Positions 59,601-64,000 of a DNA stretch of 64,000 nucleotides are shown here, piece by piece (within the stretch, counting starts at the first letter, position 1; every line of letters begins with the position of its first letter). Below the pieces are notes generated by a model, which was not told the DNA's origin, did not search any database, and saw only the letters and a list, made by a program, of their open reading frames with translations. This stretch comes from Candidatus Omnitrophota bacterium (GTDB lineage Bacteria > Omnitrophota > Gorgyraeia > DTHP01): contig JAMWCW010000005.1 of assembly GCA_023819145.1 (NCBI GenBank), positions 22,566 to 86,565 on the forward strand, written 5' to 3'. The translations under genes were made by a program, and so were the position numbers.

Positions 59601-61418
59601 CTTTTCATTAACCACAAATCCCGAATCTGTAATTTTTATTTTATTAATCCAAGAATTATGAATATAGATATATTTATCTTTAGGGTTCGCTATAACTTTT
59701 TCGTTTGTTTCTGTGAGACGGACAAAGAAATCCTCTTCTTTTTCCCTATACATAAGATAGACCAAATCATTTTCTCTGTGCAAAAAAGTTTCCTTGATAT
59801 TTTCCTTTGGTTCTATTAAATTGTCCTCAAAAAAAAGATTTCCTTCTTTGTCCAGCCTAAATCCTCGTCCTTCCTGGACTAAATAGCCACCGAAGACCCT
59901 TTCTTTAAGTTTTATTAGGGTGTCTTCTATAAAATATTCTTTTTCTATACCCTTTTTCCCAATATGGAGGTTATAAATGTTTCCTATGATACCATTTTTC
60001 ATAAATTCATCTGCTTGGGAGAAAGAGATAATTTTCTCTTTTACAAGATTTTTTATGCTTAACCAAGATATATTAAGCAGACGGTCAAAAGCTAACCTGC
60101 GGTAATCAACCCCTTTTATTAATTTTTTTTCAATGGTGATATCTTTTTTGACAAAGTGGAATTTTTTATCCTTAAGCTTGTAGAGGTCGTAAGAAAAATC
60201 TATACGATATTCTCCCGCCCTTGCCCAAATTTTGCCATTGGAGGCATCAATAAGATTAGAAACAGAATCAAGAATTAATTTTTTACCTTCGTTTGTATAT
60301 ACAATCTGCACAAATATAAAAGCATAATTTTTACCTTCAAAATTTTTATCTCTGGATTCTAAAAATTCTATTCTGCCTTCCGAATCTATCTTCCATTGCT
60401 TGGCATTAAACAAAAGTTCTCCCTGAGGAGAAAAGATTGCTCCCTGAGAGATAAGGTAGTATTTTTCTGAATTTGTTTTATCAATAAGATAACTTTCAGA
60501 CAAAAATTTTATATCTTCATATATTTCTTCTTGGGGAGGGTATTTCTTAAGATTTAATTTCTCTCTCAGAAAGAAATTTCCTTTATAGTGAAGGAAGTAT
60601 TGAAATTCATCTTTTTTACCTAAAGAATAGAAAGGGATATGTTCTTGAATTTCCCCATCAAGACAGACAATTTTCTGACGCCTTGCATCAAAACTGTGCG
60701 AAACATAGTTCAAGGGATGCCAAACCCCTGTGGTTAAAATTTGATAATCACTCATATAACCGCCGGGCTTTTTCAAGAACATTGGGTTGTAAGCTTCTTG
60801 GTTGCGTGCAAAGAGGAACACTTTACTGCCAAGTTCTTTCTTTGCGTCCAGAATCAAACGAATTTCTTCTTCTACAAGAGATTCTTCCTCGGTGTCACTA
60901 TGGTAAATAAAAGCAAGATGGCTCTTGGGGTTGAGGTTGTTCCGTAAGGCACGAAGTCCTTGGGTTATACAGGCATAGACCTCAGCGTTACTTTTTGCTT
61001 TTTGAGGTATATAGAGGGCAGAGAAGAAATTTGCGGGAATTATCTCTGTTTCTTGAATAAATGGGTCATCTTTAAGATAGAGGGGTTTTCTAAAAAAATA
61101 GAGAAATGTTGAGACCAGTAGATAAGGGATTTCGGAGAATATCTCTTTAAATAATATACTTACTAAGGAAATCGCTAATAATGATGAGCTAAACCAGTGG
61201 AATACGATAAAAGCAAATATAGAAGTAACAAAGAGGGTTAAGAATTCACAGGGCAATAAAAAACAAGTTCTAATGAGGAGGAGACGTTTTAGTCTCTTTT
61301 TCTCAAGGGGTGTTTTTACTTTGATAAATTTAAAGAGCGTAGAGCAGGTTTCCCCTAAAATTATTATAAATTTCCAGGCAATAATTAAAAAAAGTATAAT
61401 AGATATTGCCAAAATCAT
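56598..61418 (-). CDS. Large OpgH/MdoH-like GT2 glucosyltransferase with a ~570-aa internal insertion and a C-terminal extension
   Basis: N-terminal TMs, FIYHSDT, KKPGG (KAGN equivalent), TDADD, HDHWEA (SHDFVEA equivalent), ENIPPNY...KR...W..GDL (EExP..RW..GN equivalent), multiple C-terminal TMs. Confidence 0.72.
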   Translation of the reverse strand: MILAISIILFLIIAWKFIIILGETCSTLFKFIKVKTPLEKKRLKRLLLIRTCFLLPCEFLTLFVTSIFAFIVFHWFSSSLLAISLVSILFKEIFSEIPYLLVSTFLYFFRKPLYLKDDPFIQETEIIPANFFSALYIPQKAKSNAEVYACITQGLRALRNNLNPKSHLAFIYHSDTEEESLVEEEIRLILDAKKELGSKVFLFARNQEAYNPMFLKKPGGYMSDYQILTTGVWHPLNYVSHSFDARRQKIVCLDGEIQEHIPFYSLGKKDEFQYFLHYKGNFFLREKLNLKKYPPQEEIYEDIKFLSESYLIDKTNSEKYYLISQGAIFSPQGELLFNAKQWKIDSEGRIEFLESRDKNFEGKNYAFIFVQIVYTNEGKKLILDSVSNLIDASNGKIWARAGEYRIDFSYDLYKLKDKKFHFVKKDITIEKKLIKGVDYRRLAFDRLLNISWLSIKNLVKEKIISFSQADEFMKNGIIGNIYNLHIGKKGIEKEYFIEDTLIKLKERVFGGYLVQEGRGFRLDKEGNLFFEDNLIEPKENIKETFLHRENDLVYLMYREKEEDFFVRLTETNEKVIANPKDKYIYIHNSWINKIKITDSGFVVNEKDGFYLDNEGNIWYIGDVFEKGIAKPLLIAKKDKIKELHKEEIALDYTNYALIKTTLLAEAGGWYKDKENNIRIRKILSLKDYVYFDEKLNALVINPLDGDYLIYPSGSYTVGDVYLWQKESTDDVVVKEKDVLIKNGNLIKEELLAKKEDYIFNKDGEIVLKNGEKLPYGIHLRFKDAQILRDENGNFIPADCGIKIINQTDADDEFQPQTLSYLNSKLIHNLHEEDPYLMLQPEICFANQGQSTFARFHSWAQQMYRFSARAIFSLYGESSAYGKMTKLVDAYVKNILFKEAIPPLARTHDHWEAMHLKTALVYSYPYLKSKNLIENIPPNYISFLKRLEGWLGGDLLLLEYETYFGVFIDFFRMVFSLLKINFSEFKFWLGHIYVRIKYLKEKNEAPSYLAKILRIWLIKRLAFSPLYYCIWLMLIGTISLVIPGILTIKSPAIAWHIFWSVLIILIFLPKAVVPLLERLILFEKKKEKLLIFLLLLLISFYIYKLGNNAFPGNWGKFSAFIISLYVLRRIIIYIMKSIFSLYPGLINRLVSIVIISTIGFFAWLYAPFLLNWMENITSANWVFLFLFQSFPSLAGFLFPLILLLEIVPSQRTVLDILKRGFIETIYSSSILLMNVVHIPFIVISKIWFIIFNPNTSIPWFTTPFVEKILGKKTSLFEVYLRLIATPILSLTFAVIPVFSGLADPSLIFYGWPVFIWSWIIGPMLAWLSGNYGESPSFSSLEFLGMRDRIKLLKKELSNKNKPLEREQIIENILEYNLEINHTLGPRELLRIFLSFLTEMDWEKFPAKNLLEKLTHKEILPENLREYNWETLNELSRARILLKLYKNKKYRIYLPQDKEIKFIKALTALINLMGPKKLGFPPWEELSFNQQKKLIKKIIKRYKISIAEEREIRKLLQFFENSELKKLYKKIMSLRNLSEVIDLVAPEYFYLRKALSEIQNIPYAKLSLYQKDVFLNLLTTRYNLRQKIYTKIIKSSLNLISSPASLVE

Positions 61419-61419
61419 C

Positions 61420-62310
61420 TTAGTCCAGTCGTTTTATCCCTAATGAAAGAGCAATCTCGCGTGCTTCTAAATATTCATCCCTCGTTATTGCTCTGCCTAT
61501 ATGAGGGAAGTGATGTGCTTCTCCACAAGGAGTATATTGGGACATAATGTTTACATAACTCTCAGAAGATATATTTCCAGCAATAAATTTCATAATCTCT
61601 TTTGTTTCTTTCGTTTGATTAGGCATTACCAGGTGTCTAATAAGTAAACCTCGCTGGGCAACACCATTTTCTATAATTAAATTCCCCACTTGGCCATGCA
61701 TTTTTTTAAGAATTTTTTTTAAATTTTCAAAATAATCACTACAGGAGGATAATTCTTGGGATATCTGAGAAGAATAAAATTTTGTATCGGGCATATAGAT
61801 GTCAATGATGCCTTCTAAAATATCGATAACCTCTTCCGATTCGTACCCTCCACAGTTATAAACCAAAGGGATTGTGAGTCCTTCTTCTATGGCAAAAGTT
61901 AAGGCTTCTAAAATCTGTGGAACAAAATGTGTTGGAGTGACCAAATTTATATTATGGCATTCAAGTTTTTGTAAGAAGAGCATAATTTTAGCTAATTCTT
62001 GAGAAGAGATTTCTTTTCCCTCGCCTAAGTGACTTATCTCATAATTCTGGCAGAAGACACACTTAAGGTTGCAGTGTGTAAAAAATATTGTTCCTGAACC
62101 GTGTTCACCTACTAGACATTTTTCTTCACCAAAATGGGGGAAATAAGAAGCGACAGTTGCTTTTTCTCCACCTCCACAGAATCCCTTTTCTCCTTCGGCA
62201 CGTTTAGCTCGACATTTGCGAGGACAAAGTTGACAGGGGGATAACCTTTCTTTTAAATATTCTAATTTCTTCGTTATTTTGTCTCTATTCTTGAGATATA
62301 GAGGGAGCAT
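61420..62310 (-). CDS. PflX-like radical SAM protein (pyruvate formate lyase activating enzyme-like)
   Basis: C.LCPRKC...R, HFGEE, GSGTIFF..CNLKCVFCQN, NINLVTPTH, DIYMPD.K, RGLLIRHLVMP, MSQY.P. Confidence 0.9.
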   Translation of the reverse strand: MLPLYLKNRDKITKKLEYLKERLSPCQLCPRKCRAKRAEGEKGFCGGGEKATVASYFPHFGEEKCLVGEHGSGTIFFTHCNLKCVFCQNYEISHLGEGKEISSQELAKIMLFLQKLECHNINLVTPTHFVPQILEALTFAIEEGLTIPLVYNCGGYESEEVIDILEGIIDIYMPDTKFYSSQISQELSSCSDYFENLKKILKKMHGQVGNLIIENGVAQRGLLIRHLVMPNQTKETKEIMKFIAGNISSESYVNIMSQYTPCGEAHHFPHIGRAITRDEYLEAREIALSLGIKRLD

Positions 62311-64000
62311 AAGAAATTTTGAGCTTTTTAGGCTTTAAGTTTTGTTTGAGAAAATTTTTAAAAGACAGAGAAAGAGCAGACTCTAACTTTTGAATAATGA
62401 GAGCCTCCGGAGTGCATTCATAAAAAATACTTTTGAGATTTAAGAAGTTCACCGTATCTCTTTTTATAATATCTAAATACACGAGAATTTCTTTGGGGGT
62501 AACATTTTTATGATATTTATTTATAAATTCATGGATATATTCTACTTTCCGCGCGTAGGATAAAAATACCACCGGTGGTTGTAGAAGAAACATTGTTTTT
62601 TCTGCAACTTCTTTTAATTTTATATAATTTATTTCTTCCTTTGCTATCTTTAGGTGGCTTAACATCTCTTCCAAAGTTTTAGTATATTCTTCTATAGAAT
62701 AAACGCGTAAAGGTTTTTCTCCCATTTCTATACTGTATATTTCACCTGTAAGAAATAAAAGTTCATGAATTAAATAATCATCCATTATTTCTTCCAAATA
62801 TTTTTTGAACGTATTTACTAAAGAAAATATTTTTCCTACAGTTTTTGCTTCTCCTCCTGAGTGGAGGATTGGCCATGCATAATCTATTGCTTTCTGGATG
62901 GGGATATCTTTATTAAAAATTTCGTGAAAGCCATTTTTAATTTCTTGAGAAATCGTAAATAGTTGGGGGATAATTTCTCTTCTGGTGCTACCACGGTTTA
63001 TTTCTTCGCTAAAGTAGTTTAGTATTGAATAATCCTCAAAATCAACTTTTCCCTTTGAAAATATTTTTTTATATAAATCCTCTAACCATCCATAATCTTC
63101 GATATATATTTTTAAGGTATCTTCCACTCCCAATCCTTCCAGAACTTTCCATGTAAGACTCGATGATTTATGAGGAGGAAGTTCTATTTTATAAATAGTT
63201 CTTGCTCTTTCTATAATATCTTTTTGTATTTTTTTTCTATCGTAAAAAGGTTGTGGATGGCATGGGTGTTTAGAGGTATTCTTATTTAATGAAAGAATTA
63301 TTTTTTGTCTTTCGTTAAACGTCTCTTCTTCACCAGAAAAAATATGTCGAAGGAGTTCGGGGATAATTATCCTTCTTGTTTCTTTTAAAATTTCTTCTAA
63401 TTTGGGGTAAATTTCTTGGAGGGTGGTTTTATTCTTAGAGTATTTTTGGAAGAAGATGTTGATAAAACCGTTCTGAAATTTAGCATATCTTTCTATCGCT
63501 TTTTTGAAACCGGATTTTACTTCCTCCGTAGATTTGGATGTTCGGAAGTTAGTAAATTCTTTTACCTCTTCCTCCGAAATTGGTTCATTTAGATTCTCCC
63601 AAAAAATCCTAAAGACATACCTTCGTAAATCTTCCTCTGTATTCGCCATGCGAATCTCTTCGTCAGGGCTGTTTGTACTTAATGCGCCATTTTCCACCAG
63701 AAGTTTTATTTGCCAAGGGCGCATACGGAGGAGGGAATAATTTAGTATAAATTTAAGCAGGGAGAAATCGATATATTTAGAATGTTCTTTATAAAAGCAT
63801 TTTACTAAAAATGTTGCCTTGTCCATCCATAAACGGAATTTTTTTCCGTAAGGAGGAATCTGTCTAAAGAGATGGGTTAACAAACCATATATCTCTAAAT
63901 CAGACGGATTAGTCTTAGAGAGTAGTTTATCACTTTTGAACATAGCATAGAGGTATATAAAATTCCCCATTTCTTTCAGGCTATAGCCTCTTTCTTTCAT
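62285..64000 (-). CDS. Large helical hypothetical protein, probably 5'-partial (runs to the window edge)
   Basis: Open frame of at least 571 aa; overlaps the start of the radical SAM gene; no recognisable motif. Confidence 0.7.
   Translation of the reverse strand: MKERGYSLKEMGNFIYLYAMFKSDKLLSKTNPSDLEIYGLLTHLFRQIPPYGKKFRLWMDKATFLVKCFYKEHSKYIDFSLLKFILNYSLLRMRPWQIKLLVENGALSTNSPDEEIRMANTEEDLRRYVFRIFWENLNEPISEEEVKEFTNFRTSKSTEEVKSGFKKAIERYAKFQNGFINIFFQKYSKNKTTLQEIYPKLEEILKETRRIIIPELLRHIFSGEEETFNERQKIILSLNKNTSKHPCHPQPFYDRKKIQKDIIERARTIYKIELPPHKSSSLTWKVLEGLGVEDTLKIYIEDYGWLEDLYKKIFSKGKVDFEDYSILNYFSEEINRGSTRREIIPQLFTISQEIKNGFHEIFNKDIPIQKAIDYAWPILHSGGEAKTVGKIFSLVNTFKKYLEEIMDDYLIHELLFLTGEIYSIEMGEKPLRVYSIEEYTKTLEEMLSHLKIAKEEINYIKLKEVAEKTMFLLQPPVVFLSYARKVEYIHEFINKYHKNVTPKEILVYLDIIKRDTVNFLNLKSIFYECTPEALIIQKLESALSLSFKNFLKQNLKPKKLKISYAPSISQE

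Noticed and set aside
60640-60680. CLDGEIQ at the start of the GT2 insertion looks like an intein N-terminal block (CLxGxT)
   Set aside because: No His-Asn followed by Cys/Ser/Thr at the insert end before the DAD motif (the nearby IHN lies after DAD and is followed by Leu), and no LAGLIDADG motifs.
1-64000. CRISPR array, rRNA, tmRNA or T-box leaders
   Set aside because: No regularly spaced direct repeats or recognisable rRNA/tmRNA sequence seen; the thrS and pheS leaders are too short for T-boxes.

Overview
AT-rich bacterial chromosome segment that contains the replication origin. Gene content and style suggest Candidatus Omnitrophota or a related PVC-associated lineage; this is an inference, not a database result. 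1-28.2 kb is core: dnaN (5' part), dnaA with DnaA-box clusters on both sides, rpmH-yidD-yidC (no rnpA), parS-parA-parB, ndk-yicC-remA-gmk-rpoZ, split coaC/coaB, 3 tRNAs, thrS-infC-rpmI-rplT, a Trk K+ operon with two uncharacterised membrane ORFs, pheST, a PpiD/SurA-like chaperone, an E-C-A-B-D-I-K V-type ATPase with a Na+-binding signature, tRNA-Val and tRNA-Asp. 28.2-38.9 kb is an accessory region: a frameshifted IS1595-family element, a CHASE4-PAS histidine kinase split at an A_AAA_AAG heptamer plus a response regulator, a decayed TadA/CpaF ATPase, and three signal-peptide-bearing orphans (TPR-like, CheD/CNF1-like deamidase domain, lysozyme-like domain). Two of these have near-perfect promoters, and one has a structured leader resembling half a c-di-GMP-I riboswitch. 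38.9-56.6 kb holds mutS-mutL, redox enzymes, an exported-looking uridine-kinase-domain protein, and a coupled pair of a DNA-binding radical SAM protein and an archaeal-type Hel308 helicase, followed by housekeeping hydrolases. 56.6-64 kb (minus strand) holds a 1606-aa OpgH-like glucosyltransferase with a ~570-aa repeat insert inside its catalytic domain, a PflX-like radical SAM gene and a large partial orphan. The best novelty candidates are the radical SAM-Hel308 pair, the secreted enzyme/effector cluster and the insert-bearing glucan synthase. All calls come from motif recognition only; no searches were run.
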